From Lepidodermella squamata (taxonomy: Eukaryota > Animalia > Gastrotricha), in NCBI GenBank assembly GCA_047495785.1, contig JBLDXI010000009.1, positions 5,084,001 to 5,148,000 of the forward strand: 64,000 nt of DNA. The letters run 5' to 3'. The notes under the pieces were generated by a model that was not told the origin of the DNA, did no database searches, and saw nothing but the letters and a program-made list of their open reading frames with translations. Within the stretch, counting starts at the first letter, position 1, and every line of letters starts with the position of its first letter. The translations under genes were made by a program, and so were the position numbers. This document shows, one piece after another, positions 1 to 12,138 of this stretch.

Positions 1-632
1 ATAGTCGATGCTCCAGCTAACCGGAGCATTATTAGCCCGGCATATCGCCGTCGCCGTGTAAATGACATCGGGCGTGGTGACACCCTCACTTATGCTAACT
101 AGGTCATCGACGGGTGACGTAAAAACAGGCGCCGTATGCACCTTGTTCACGCTAACTGTCAACGTTCCAGTCGCTGTTGCCAGCCCTAGCGAATCATACG
201 CTAGAATTTTCACTGAAGAAAATTAAAAATTAAAAAAAAACTAAGAAATTTTTGAATATTTTTACGGATATATTGTTGAGCGATTTCGTACTGTAACGGC
301 GGGTAGAAACCGGCTTTAGCCGCATCGACGTACACCTGCCCGGTAGCTTCGTTGACTTGAAAGGCGGAGTTGAATGGCGAAACGGTGGAGATACTGAACC
401 TTAACGCCGTTACATTTGTAGTCACCGTGTAAAAATAGTAAGGATAAGTCGCATTATCGTTCACTGTCACAACGCCGTTGTTATTCGCAGGGTTCGTAAA
501 ACCATACTGGCCAACTTCAGGTAAATAAATTAAATCATTTTATAAAATATTTTCAAACAATTCCTTACCTGATTTATTGATTAGGAATATAAGGAAGATT
601 AGATAGAAAATTCGGAATAAGTAAGGTGACAT
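1..632 (-). CDS. Cadherin-like cell-surface protein A (5' part; runs off the window edge)
   Basis: ATG at 632. Exon 632-569 encodes a hydrophobic signal (MSPYLFRIFYLIFLIFLINKS) and splices in frame to exon 514-~270 (VTVNDNATYPYYFYTV...FQVNEATGQVYV...LQYEI), with a further exon below ~212. The strand pattern is cadherin-repeat-like. Confidence 0.65.
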
Positions 633-884
633 TATTTTATTGTCAGTGTGATTTCATTTTCACCATCCAAGACTTTTGGTGTGTTTTCTGTTTATTAAGT
701 ACCTAGCTATGGAGTGAGTGGGCGGGATCAGCCTACTCCCGGGCGCCTTTCAATAGGTGCGCGTCCCCATAGCGGCCATTCACTGAAAAATATTGTGTAT
801 GGCAATCCTACATGAATGGATGAACTCACAAATCCTAAAAATTTATCTAATGAAATATGCGGAAATTTTGAATAACCTAAAAAA

Positions 885-2485
885 ATGGCATCGGTTCCAC
901 TGTGGTACCTGAACTTGGTGATACTAGTCCTAGAGCTAGGTCAGACCTCAGCTGTGAGCTACATCACAGTTTTGCAGTCACCCTTGGGTTATAATATTCG
1001 AGAGGATCAAAGTGGCTCGTTCTTCGATTATCAGGTAATTTTGTTAAATTTCCGTATTTTTTGATAATTTTCCGATAATTTCAGCTTCTTGCTCAATCTG
1101 ACACCTCTGGCACCCTGACATGGTCGGTCTACAGTAGCTCGCCCGCTATAACGAGTGCTACATGGGGCATCCAGGCTAATAGTGACGGGACAGTGGCGTA
1201 TTTCGGCTATTCTGGGGCGAGTTCTGGCGCGTTTTCCTACTCTAAAGCTCAAACTTATATTGTGACGATTCTGACCACAGCGACTGATACGACTGATTTG
1301 ACGACTACGTCCTATATTAGGGTCAATATTGTAGCTGTTAGCCAGAAACCAACAGTAACACCTACAACAGCGTTCGCTGTTATCGGGTAATTATTTTAAA
1401 ATTAGATTCAATTTATTGAAAAATGGATGAAAGATGAACTTATATAATTATTTTCAAACGTTTTAATAGGCAATATGCGGCACCCTACACCTGCGTCCTG
1501 GCAAATGTGAATGTGACCTCTGGAACAGGATGCGCCGCAACTTATGCCGCCTATGACCGTCAAAACTCAGCCCTCAGCTACGGAATTTCCGGAGTGTCTC
1601 CAACAGCTGGAGCCGCATTTTTCATCACAGATGTAATTCTTCATTTTTCAAGCTCAAAATCATTTTTAATTTCAAGTTTTTATTAGAGCGGAGGCCGAGT
1701 TGTGACCACGCCCGTTTTTTCGCTCTCAGCCGTGGCCTCATCAATATATTCCGTTAACCTCAATGTTGTCAACAATGTGTCACCCACCCGGTTGACATCG
1801 ACCTTGACGCTATCAGTGAGCGTTGTCGCTGGTCCTGTTAAATTGACGCTGTCTAACCTACCTGGCTACACAACATTACAAGACACCGTTGGGGGTGGTT
1901 CACTGGTATTCCCCATTGCAATATCGGGCGGAACATCTGGTGTCACGTCATACTCGACTACATTTTCATCGGTAATTAAAATATGAGATTTTTCATTTTA
2001 TGTTTTTTTTATTTTAAATTTTCAGAATCCTCTCAGTGGCAACAACAAATTTTTCATCAATAAAACTGGTAATTTAACATTTAAAATTTGACAAATTTGA
2101 AATACATTTTCCAAGGTGTTTACACGCAATCTGGAGCGAGTTTTAATCGCTTATCGGAACCTGTCTATCAAATGCTAATTTTTTTCGTTGAATCTGGGAT
2201 AACTTCACCGCAAACTGCTAGCAATCAACTTTCGATAACAATCATCGAAGGAACCAGCACGGTAACTTGAACAAAAATCTTAAATCCTAGAATAAGTGTT
2301 TACTTCAATTTTAGACCACAACAACGACGACAACTACAACTTCGACGACTACAACGCCGAAATACCCAACAGTTCCATCTAAATGGCCACGCTCGAGTGC
2401 TCCAGCCATGGTTCATTACACATATAGCTCATCGCGATACTTGACCTATTTATTTATGATTTTATCAATAATTTTGATGGGATGA
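885..2485 (+). CDS. Cadherin-like protein B with Thr-rich stalk and hydrophobic GPI-signal-like C-terminus
   Basis: ATG at 885, signal peptide MASVPLWYLNLVILVLELGQTSA. Exon 885-1034 splices in frame to 1085. Several cadherin-like repeats follow (AAYDRQNSALSYGI, TLQDTVGGG). Last exon 2315-2485 reads TTTTTTTTTSTTTTPKYP...RYLTYLFMILSIILMG*. Confidence 0.65.
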
Positions 2486-2517
2486 AGTTATTTTCCGGTT
2501 TTTTAGGTACATTTAAA

Positions 2518-4447
2518 ATGGTTATATGGAAGGTCAGGCGTAGGTCTAAGGATACCAGTTTCACCCTAGCCGTTCTTGTCACGCTTCATTTGGCAATAAT
2601 TTTAACGATTTTCGACCTGGCCGGTTCATACCCGCAAATTTTTCTCGCCCCTGCTTCGATTTCAGAAGATGTATCGGTGACTAGTTACCCAATCACGATT
2701 GGGGCGTCTTCGAACACAAGTACTGACCTATATTGGACTTTTTGGTACTGCACACCCGTCAACTCGGCCTTTGACCTATATTGCCCAACAACCGTAAATA
2801 GCGCTGTTTGCTATTTTGGCTATAATACGACAAAAGCTGGTGGGACATTTCGAAATTTTTGAAATTTTATTCTCTCAATTTAAATTAAGGTGGAACGAAA
2901 ATGTTCACCTATTCGAGTCAAAATTTGTACTACTGCTTCATCAACGTCACGGATGATGATGCAACAGTCATGGGCACCCAAATTGTGTCAATCATTCAAT
3001 CGATCAAACCCCCAACTATCGCTACAAGTGGTGGCACTGTTTCAGTCGCCGAAAATGCCGCGCCTTTCACATACCTGGACGCCATCTCGGCTTCGGACCC
3101 TCAGGGCTACTTGCCCCTTAAATTCAAAGTGTCAAAGGTCGTGCCGAATACGAACGATTATTTCACGGTTTCGTCATCTGGAGGTATTATCGATTATCGA
3201 TTTCAGGGTGATTGATTTTTCTTTGATTTTAGTCCTTACAACTTCTGGCCTGGCGAAATTTAATTATTCGGTAACACCGACTTGGACGGTCTACGTCGAT
3301 GTGGCCAACAGTGGTTTGCCGCCCCTTACTTCGACCTATTCACTAACGGTGAAGATAACGAATGTAGGTCACCCGCCTAGGGTGACTAATTTGCCATACT
3401 CGATTTCGATGCCAGAGGATACGGCGGCTGGAAGTCAAATATACTCCATTATGACTACTGATCAAGATGGAGATACAGTCTTTGTCTTCAAATTCGATTG
3501 TAAGTTTTTTCGTCAAATTAAAATATCAAAAATTAAAATTTGTCATTTTTAATTCTACAGCGACTCCTATTAGTGGGAAAACGAAATTTTCGATCGATTC
3601 CTCAGGCGGAGTTTACACTACTACAACGACCTTTGACCGGAAAGTAGAACCGTCTTATACGCTGAAAATCTACATCGTCGATAACGGTGTCTCGCTGCCT
3701 GCGACAGTCACCACGTGCCTCACTGTGTCCATTGGCCAAGCTATTTCAACATCGACCACTACAACGACGACTACTACAACTACAACGACTTTCCCATTCA
3801 TCACCGGGGCGTGTACTGGGTTCTGTGTTCAATCGGCGCAACAAATTGGCAACACAGTTCAGCCAGTTTCATCGAATACTGGTGAGGAGTTAATTTGGGA
3901 AAATTTTGAAATATTCAGGAAAATTCTAGAAATTATCCTATGATCAAACCATATATGAAATAGCTGAAATTATGTTTGGTGAAATATCTGAAATTTAATC
4001 CGGCTAAAAATTTGAAATCAAGATAGCCAAATTTTCTCAATACCGATATCGTCTCAAATTGTCGAAATCTTTCGAAATTCGTCATATCGCAGATCAAAAT
4101 CACGTTCGCAAGTAATCTCTGAAAAAATTCCCATCCCATTCCAAGTTCCCATCCAAGGGCTCGAAAATTGATCTTTTTCGCTTTTCTAGCATGGATCATT
4201 CCAGTCGCTGTAGTTGGAGCGTTAGTTGGCTGTGGAGTTATAGGAACAGTCCTATATTTCCTACTCCGGCCCAAAACCGAAGTTGCCAATTACGGAAACC
4301 CTCACTCCTTATCAAGGTTAATTAGAATTTTTTCATATTTTTTGTGTTAAATTTCAATTCTATTTCAGAACACCCCCACCGCCTTATTCAGGTCGAGGCG
4401 GTGAAATCCATATAATGCAGCATCCAAACGTTATACTCAATAAATGA
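2518..4447 (+). CDS. Cadherin-like type I membrane protein C with Thr-rich stalk, TM helix and short PPxY-containing tail
   Basis: ATG at 2518 with hydrophobic signal (FTLAVLVTLHLAIILTIF). Cadherin motifs: INVTDDD, SVAENAAP, SASDPQG, SMPEDTAAG, TTDQDGD, FDRKVEPSYTLKIYIVDNG. TM helix WIIPVAVVGALVGCGVIGTVLYFLL. Last exon reads RTPPPPYSG...ILNK* (TGA 4445-4447). Confidence 0.75.
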
Positions 4448-5654
4448 ACGATTGATTTTTCAAAATGTATCGTTTTTTATTATTTAAACTTTGCTGTTTT
4501 CAAATAATATTATCATCATCATAACAGTTATAACGTGTTGCTGGCAGATATATATATCGTACACAAGGCGACCTCGCAAACAAGAAGAGTGTAGTTATTG
4601 ATTTAATTATCAGAGCCACAAGAATAGCATCATTTCCAAGCAAAAAAGCAATCGCAGTTGACTAAAAAAAGAAAATTTTCATCGAACATCATCAATAACA
4701 AGGCAGGTGCAGCTATAACGAGCAGTTATCGTTTGGTTTGTTCATTTTTTCATTCTCTATGCTCTAGCCTAAACAAACAGGCGACAAAGAAAACGGTGCG
4801 AAGTAACCTACAGTTATTTGTATCCACCCTGCTATAATAAAAGTATTGATTGTACAAGGTAATTATATCATTAATACTTGAATATTTCCCGAAAAAACGA
4901 GTAAAAAACCTTGAACTAAATTTTCTATGATGAAATAACAAACTCACAGCCCGCACCAGAAATAAACTCTTAAACGATATAATAATAAACTGTTTTCAAA
5001 CGAAAAAAATTAACGGGTTCAACTCGCAATAAATATTTTGATTTTCTCATCAAAATTTGTGAATTCTAATGAACACATCAAGAAAAGGGCAGTGGTCGAG
5101 AATAAGCGAATTTCACGCAGCAACAAGCAAACTGCAGTTTTTACCGATCCAGGCGAGAAATTTATTAATTAAGTAAAAACGGGCGAAGAATACATGAAGA
5201 AGCGGGCACAAACAGTTATTTTTTGTTTACGAAAAAACATAGATTTTTTCAATAATAATAATGGCAAAAATGCGAGTGGTTATTGAGCTATTTACATCCC
5301 CCTAAAATCCCCCGAAAATTGACAAGTTGTTCTCGGAATATTTCGAGCTATTTTTAATAATAAGAGTCGAGTCAATTCAAAATTGACCTGTCTCGAGAAA
5401 AGCCTCTAAAACACATACCAGACAATAACAAAACGCGACTTCTATGTATGTATAGGCATTTTACAAAAGGACTCAGACTGCAACGTGTCATCATATCTCA
5501 TCTCAATCCAAAATAGTCGGTTCAAGGTAAATAATAAGTATATTAAATAATAATGGCAGTTTACGAGGGGCGACAATTCTCTCAGTCTCAGTAAATAATA
5601 TTATTATGAATTTCAATTATTATTATATTTATCCATTATCTCATCACTGCGAAT

Positions 5655-8600
5655 CTAGTACAACGCCGCTCGCCGCTTCATGTCGCTCTGCTTGAACTCG
5701 GGCTGTCGATAGAACGCGTCGCGCGACATTTTGAAAATCTGCTCGAATTCCTGCGGGCTCAGGTGCGCCTCCAAATTGCCGGTATTCACGTTTTTCGGCA
5801 GCGATTTGTTGTTCTGGCCGCCCTTCAACACCTCGTACGGGTAGACCTGGGGCGGCTGCTGCGCCGGCGGCGTTTGACCCAACGAGTGCTTAAGACCGGC
5901 TTGTTCTGACAAGTACGTCGGGCACACGTCCGATAGCGTCGCGGCTTTGTAGTGCGTCTTGTAGTACAACACGTTGTCCGCGTCCAGATCCGTATCAGAT
6001 AAATCTAATTTTGAGAAAATAAATCGAAAAATGCAGAATTCAGAAATAAATAGTTCAAACTGAATACCGAACCGATAGATGTTGGTATCGAATCGCATTG
6101 CATTATAGACCCGGTGTATTTAAACACAATATTTTAGCAGGATACTTTTGCAGTTTCGAGTCATTTATTTCATAAAGATGTTACATATATTTATTCGTGC
6201 GACGTTTTCCCCCAAAAAAGCTGAATCCTGACCTGAACACCTTACTAGCTTGTTGAGTTTGCTGAAGCCTGTTTCATCTTGTTGATTGTTTTTAGATACT
6301 GCCTGACGATGGCCACTTTGTGGCCGAAACGTCGCACGAATAAATATATGTAACATCTTTATGAAATAAATGACTCGAAACTGCAAAAGTATCCTGCTAA
6401 AATATTGTGTTATAAATAGTTCAAATTCAGAATAATTTTAATGGTACCAGAAATTTCATTTCTGAATATTTTCTTTTCCACGTTTCGCGTTCGCGAAATG
6501 ATAAGGAGGCGAGGATGAGGAAAAATTAATGCAGAATTTTATCAATTTCCTGGAATTTCCAAAAATCAAAAATCAAATCCCCGAGATTAATGAAATCGAT
6601 ATTTTGAATTTGATCTTGCTCCGGAATTTTTCAGCCATTTTTATCAGAAATTCCAAATCCTTATTTTAAGATGAAACATCCACTTTTCTCTCTTCAAAAA
6701 CAGCTACTTTTGGAGTTCATGAAATTTTCCCACGTTCAATTCAAATCGCCCGAAAATGATTTTAGAGACCGATGTTTGAAACATTATCAACACTGATGCG
6801 AATTATTCATCAACAATTCTTGCAAAATTCTCGGCCTCAATAATCGCTTTACCCCCAATATTCCCATCAACTGATTTTCCGATGTTGCTCTAAATATGTT
6901 GAAAATTGAGCACTCACGATGATTTCGTTCCCGGTGCGTGCCGTTTTGCGCCGGCGCCGGGGCGTTGCCGTTTTGCGGCCCCAGCGGCATTGTCTGCGAT
7001 TTCGGGTCGTTGACCTTCGTGATGGCTGAAAGGCTGAGTCCGGGCGGCATTGTCGCGCCGTGTCGATGATCCGCGCCGTCATTGCCGTCAGCACCGGGTG
7101 GCGGGGTCGAAAAGTACCGCCCGCTCCTCGGGTGATCACTGAACCGAGAAGGCGCTATAATAAATTTTAACAAATTGAGAAAAAATTCAAATTTACGAAT
7201 AATTATGGCTTCGAAATATTCTTTCAATTCTTTCAATTATGATAACCAGTTTTCAATTTTCTTTCAATTTTCTAAATATTATTCAAAAAATTGTAGGCTC
7301 AATTGATGGCACTGAAAACTTACAGGCGAACATGGCCGACATGTATCGAGTTGGGACGGGTGGTTCGTGGTTGGCGGCGGGCGTTCGCGAGGCTGAGCGC
7401 GGGTCGAGGTCGTTCGCGTGCGCCGCTTTGTTCTGCAACTCGCGTAAAATGACCTCGGCTACGCCCGAGTGGTCTTTCGCCAGCTGCTCCAGTTGGTCGA
7501 GGTCGCGAGCCAGTTGCGGATCCGTAACTGGCTTGTTATCTTCTTCGTGCTCTTCTTTGTTCCTCACTGCGTAAAAAATCAAAATAAAACACGAAAATTA
7601 TTATTTTTGAATGACTAACTTGAAAATTTTAAAATTTAAAATTTAATTATTTTCACTAATTCGTATTTTTCAAAAACTGACATTTGTGTCCAATTACGTT
7701 GACAGGCGCTGGTGGGGCTGGAAAATCGTCGCGTTCAATGGCTGGCACTTCTTGTGGGGTGGGAGCTCTCGCATTCGCATAGTGCGACAATTTAATCGCT
7801 TCTTCTTTCAGCTGACCAGCAACTTTATCCGAAGTCGCACGCGCATTGAATTCCACTGAAAAATATTGAAAGACGCAAAATTAACGACATGTTCCGTAAT
7901 TAATTTCAAATTTCAAATTAAAAACACTCGGAAAGCCGGAAATAGCCTGAAAATAATAGCAAATCTTGAATTTTCCATTTCATCATTGTCCAAGTTTTCA
8001 GGTTAAAAAATTTACATTATTTTCAAGCGTTTCCGGACTCGTTTAACTTTCTCGGGTTTCTTCGTCATTTTGTCATCTTCACTTCCACTCATAAAACACC
8101 GCAAAAATGATGGAGGGGGTCAGGGCATCATTGCCGAGTGGAAATAATAATAATAATAAAAACGAAGCGGGACGCAGATAGGGAAAACCTCACGGGGTCC
8201 ACTTTTTCAGTGACACGGCTAGCGAGTGTAATTTCATTCTGCATCATATTTATACATTGTATATCGACGGCCGCGGCCGGGGCGCCGCTGCAAAAGCAAG
8301 CATGCTATCGATCGCGCATATATTATTGTTATTATAGCAGCAGCAACTATAAAGTATCAGCCTTGGAAATGAGTGAAAAATAGCAATAGGACTGAAATCG
8401 TGCCGGCCATCCAAGATATGTTGTTTTTCGCAGTGTATATCAATAATGATGATAATAATAAGTTGTAGTAGTATAGCAAGCTAGATACTACAGCCGAGAC
8501 TCTAATTGACAAGATCGTAAAGATGAACGAGAAAAGCCGTGCCGTTTTGCCTTATTTTCAATTCAATTTTATCGAGTGGGGTGAGCGAGAAATCACAAGC

Positions 8601-11155
8601 GCCTCTCAAGTGTAACTACTCGAGACGGCATAAACCGGCCTAGAAATTATCGATTTTCTTCACAAAATGACCAGCACTTGAAAATTTAATTACATCCGCA
8701 TACAATTTTCATTTAAAAATAATTCAGTTCAATTTACTAACGCACGTAAAAAATGATACGAAATATACGACTGGAAATAATAAAATTTTACAAATGAGTA
8801 AAAATCCCCCTTAATGATTTTACTATTGATTTTGAGTCAATTTGAGAATTTTGAAAAGGTCTTTTTAATTAAATTTTTCTTAAATTAATTTTACCAGGTA
8901 AATACAAGCTATGTTGCTTTTCTTTTCAGGCATAGCGTCTTTCATTCACATTCTACGTCAGTTGATGATATATTTGCATGTTCTCTCATCATTGCAACTC
9001 CAACAGCAGCAGCAGCTTGCCCCTTCAGCATCACTACTAACGCGTTTAAACAGCTACGAGCGATTCAGTAAGCGATCTACGTGTGTGTACTATTATAACA
9101 TTGTGTGCTCAATATACAAAATAACCGGCTATTGCGCTCCAACAACACAGAGTTATTAGTGGGTGGCGGTGTTTGTTCCACATCTACTAGCCGAGTGGAT
9201 AGCATGAAAGGAGTACGTGAGTTTGTGCCACTGAATATACCACTTTTTCCGTAGTAATAGTAATAATAGCTATAATAGCAGGAACCAGGTTGTTTATATC
9301 AGCTGCTTTTATGACGGGACAATATTATTATTGTTTTCAGGAAAGGCGTCGCTACTACTCGTGCCGTATTAAGGAAAAGCGCTGGAAAAATTGCGAGTCA
9401 AAGCCGCCCAGCAAGCGTCAATTGAAACCCGCAAAAAACGGGGAAAATGTTAGTAAAATTAGTGCATAATAAAATATAGAAATCGTGATTGTTAGATAGC
9501 CAGAATTGAGAAAACCAGTGTCGAAAAAAATAGAACGTGATTCGAAAATAACACCAGGAAAAATCGTAGTTACAAACCTCCTTTTGCTAGAGCTAATCGA
9601 CCCAACAAGCCAAAGAAAAATAAAACAGAAAAAGATGTCAACCAAAACTATGATACAATATAGGCTGTAATAAATCAAATTTAGCTAACAACATGTTGTT
9701 TTAACATCAAAAGCAGTTGAAATTGTAGAAATTAGAACAAAACTCACTCAGTTGAACGAGGCCGCCTTTTTTAGCGCGAACAAATCGCTTCGCAGGGTGG
9801 CGGTAGGAGAAATTCTCCGGCCGGTTGAAATGCGGCGATCTCGCGGTCTGAACCGGCTGGGCTTGGGGCGGCGCTCCAGCGGGCGGCATTGAACCAGCCC
9901 GGCGCAGGTACGACAAGCCGTGTTGCAAATACGACCCATTCAAATGCTGACCGAATTGCGACCGAAATTTCGGCTCAAATTGTGCAGTCTGAAAAATTGT
10001 CAACAAAAAATAAATATTTTTTCGAATTTTTTTGAAAAGCATTCAGTGCAAAAAAGCGCGTGGTAAAGCATGTTCAAGAACCAGTACCTTGTTGCGGGAA
10101 AAAGTTCGACTACCATCAAGTGTTTCGTTCGTAACATCACCCGTGGGTCTGGGGGAGAAGGTGAAGTTACGAACGCGACTGCTCAAATCATCGGCGGATT
10201 CGAACGTTTCGTCGCCCGACAAGCCTGGACTAGCAGGATAGCGGAACTGGTGGACACCAAACGCAGAAAACAAACAACATGAAAAAACGACAAGCATTAA
10301 AGCGTGCAAAGTGCGGTAAAACAAACACAAAAGTTGAGGGTTACAACACGTTAAAACCAAAACCGAAAAAACATCAAGCACTAAATTGAGAATTAGTACC
10401 AGAATTGACATAAATATTTTAGTTAAATTTTATATTTATTTAAATTTTTTAAATTTAAATTTAATTTTTTTTCATCAATTCTGGTACGACTCTCAAATGT
10501 TTTCTACACTTTTAAGCTTGGTTAGTGAGCTTCTTACCGGGTGATGATGGCCATCAGTCAAATCCTGCTCCTCGACATCACTAGCACCAAGCGAATCAAC
10601 GCCCTCAGGTCCAGATCCATAGCCCATCGATTTCTCGTTCAGCGTTGGCCCTTTCGGCGGTGGGGGCGAGGCTAGACCCGTTTGTTTCTGTTGCTTCTCC
10701 ATCGGAGTAGAAGTTGTTACAGGCGGACCGACCGGGCGCGAAGTCGGCAGTTGAGCCTGCAGCTGTTTCGCCGGGGCAGCGCCGGCGGACCCCGCGGTTA
10801 CACAGCGGCTGCATAGATGCTCCTTGCCAGCCAGCGAAACTTTGTCGCCGGGCTTGAAGTTGGACGAACAGCGCGAGCACCGAAAACACGGCTCGTGGAA
10901 AGTTTTTCCCAGCGCCGCAACCGCGCGACTAGAATCGTCCACTATCCGGCCACAGGCGGCACAGGACGCGCCAAATTTCTTCGCATAATCATTCTCGCAG
11001 TAGTATTTGCCTTCATGAGTGAAAAACGACTCGTTCGCAAGACCTTTCTTGCACTCCGAGCATTTGAAGCATTCGATGTGAAAGAAGTTTTCTTGCAGCT
11101 TCAACACCTCGCCTTTGCACTGCTTCGTGCAAATTTTGCATATCACTTTCACCAT
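5655..11155 (-). CDS. ABLIM: Actin-binding LIM protein (abLIM/UNC-115 family), multi-exon
   Basis: N-terminal LIM domains (CKICTKQC...FHIECFKCSEC...YYCENDY; CAACG...FHEPCFRCSRC...HLCSRC). Middle abLIM/dematin-like motifs (IERDDFPAPP, LDPRSASRTPAA). C-terminal villin headpiece (YPYEVLK...LPKNV...LEAHLSPQEFEQIFKMSRDAFY...MKRRAALY). Confidence 0.9.
6060..6411. mobile_element. Short Penelope-like retroelement-type insertion with inverted terminal copy and 14-bp target-site duplication
   Basis: ATAAATAGTTCAAA is duplicated at 6046-6059 and 6412-6425. Perfect 85-bp inverted repeat at 6123-6207 / 6327-6411. Contains a minimal hammerhead motif. Confidence 0.75.
6300..6336 (+). ncRNA. Minimal type I hammerhead ribozyme (Penelope-like-element type)
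   Basis: TGC-CTGACGA-T-GGCCAC-TTT-GTGGCC-GAAA-C-GTC-GCA: CUGANGA and GAAA core boxes, 6-bp stem II, GUC cleavage triplet, 3-bp stem I (TGC/GCA) and palindromic ACGT stem III. Confidence 0.75.
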
Positions 11156-11244
11156 TCTATGCCACGAATAATCAACCAACTACATAAAATGAGTACCTAA
11201 ATCAAAAGATAAAAAATACCATGCAGACAAACGTTTAAATATAA

Positions 11245-12138
11245 TCAATTCAAATCGATGAAAACACGTTCACGATGTTCAAATTTGTTTGGTAACACAG
11301 ATGCGACTTGATCAACGTCCATAACGCTGCCATGAGAACCCAGACGAGAAACAACATCGCTGTAGCTTGCTTCTTTAGTTACAAAAGTGCGAAGGAAAGA
11401 CGCTGATTTCGGGATTGTCCCATCACCGGTTGAATTTGGCACAACAAACCGAACTCGGGTCTCATTGGAAATAAATTTAACATTGTCAACGCGGAGAAAA
11501 TACCGCAGCAGCGCGAAAAATCCAGTCGGCATAACACGGATCCGACCTAGCAGTTGAGCACATCCAAAGTCTTCCAATTCATCCTCATAAAACGGGATAG
11601 AAGATGAGAAAATAATTGGCTCATCTCGACGCTGGAGATTGGTCCAATCCAAATCTTCTTCGGTAACTTCAGTCCGAATTTTAGCAGCATTTGACGAGAA
11701 CAGCGATCCTTTGTAATCAGTGTTAAATGTCCAATCAAAGTTTTGGTGACAGTTTTCTGATAGAGAATGATTTTCACGAAGTTCAGAGATCTGCTGCTTA
11801 CGAGACTGACTCCATGTCTCGGCAGCTGATACCTTCAAATCAGCAGGAGGTTCGTGTTTCACGAAGCCTAAAGCCTCAGCAGCAGTAAATCTAATACCTG
11901 CAACCGGGGATTCATCATTGCTATCGATGCGGTATGAAAGTTCAAGTAAATTTTCGTGAAATAGCATGTCAGGTAGCTCTGGAAACTTGGCTTCCAACTC
12001 TTCTCGCTCAGGCCCAGTAGATGAAAGAATTTTACCATTTCTCGCCGTAATATGCCACGCTGGTTTGAAATCAAACATGTGAGTTTCAGGTGGCGTAGTT
12101 AATGAAGCCATAGCGCGGCTATTTTTAGATGAATTCAT
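11245..12138 (-). CDS. TIPRL: TIP41-like protein (PP2A regulator), intronless
   Basis: ORF with TIP41 motifs LPDMLFHEN, FDWTFNTDYKGS, PFYEDELEDFG and RIRVMPTGFFALLRYFLRVDNV. Start ATG is 12138 or 12111. Confidence 0.92.
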   Translation of the reverse strand: MNSSKNSRAMASLTTPPETHMFDFKPAWHITARNGKILSSTGPEREELEAKFPELPDMLFHENLLELSYRIDSNDESPVAGIRFTAAEALGFVKHEPPADLKVSAAETWSQSRKQQISELRENHSLSENCHQNFDWTFNTDYKGSLFSSNAAKIRTEVTEEDLDWTNLQRRDEPIIFSSSIPFYEDELEDFGCAQLLGRIRVMPTGFFALLRYFLRVDNVKFISNETRVRFVVPNSTGDGTIPKSASFLRTFVTKEASYSDVVSRLGSHGSVMDVDQVASVLPNKFEHRERVFIDLN

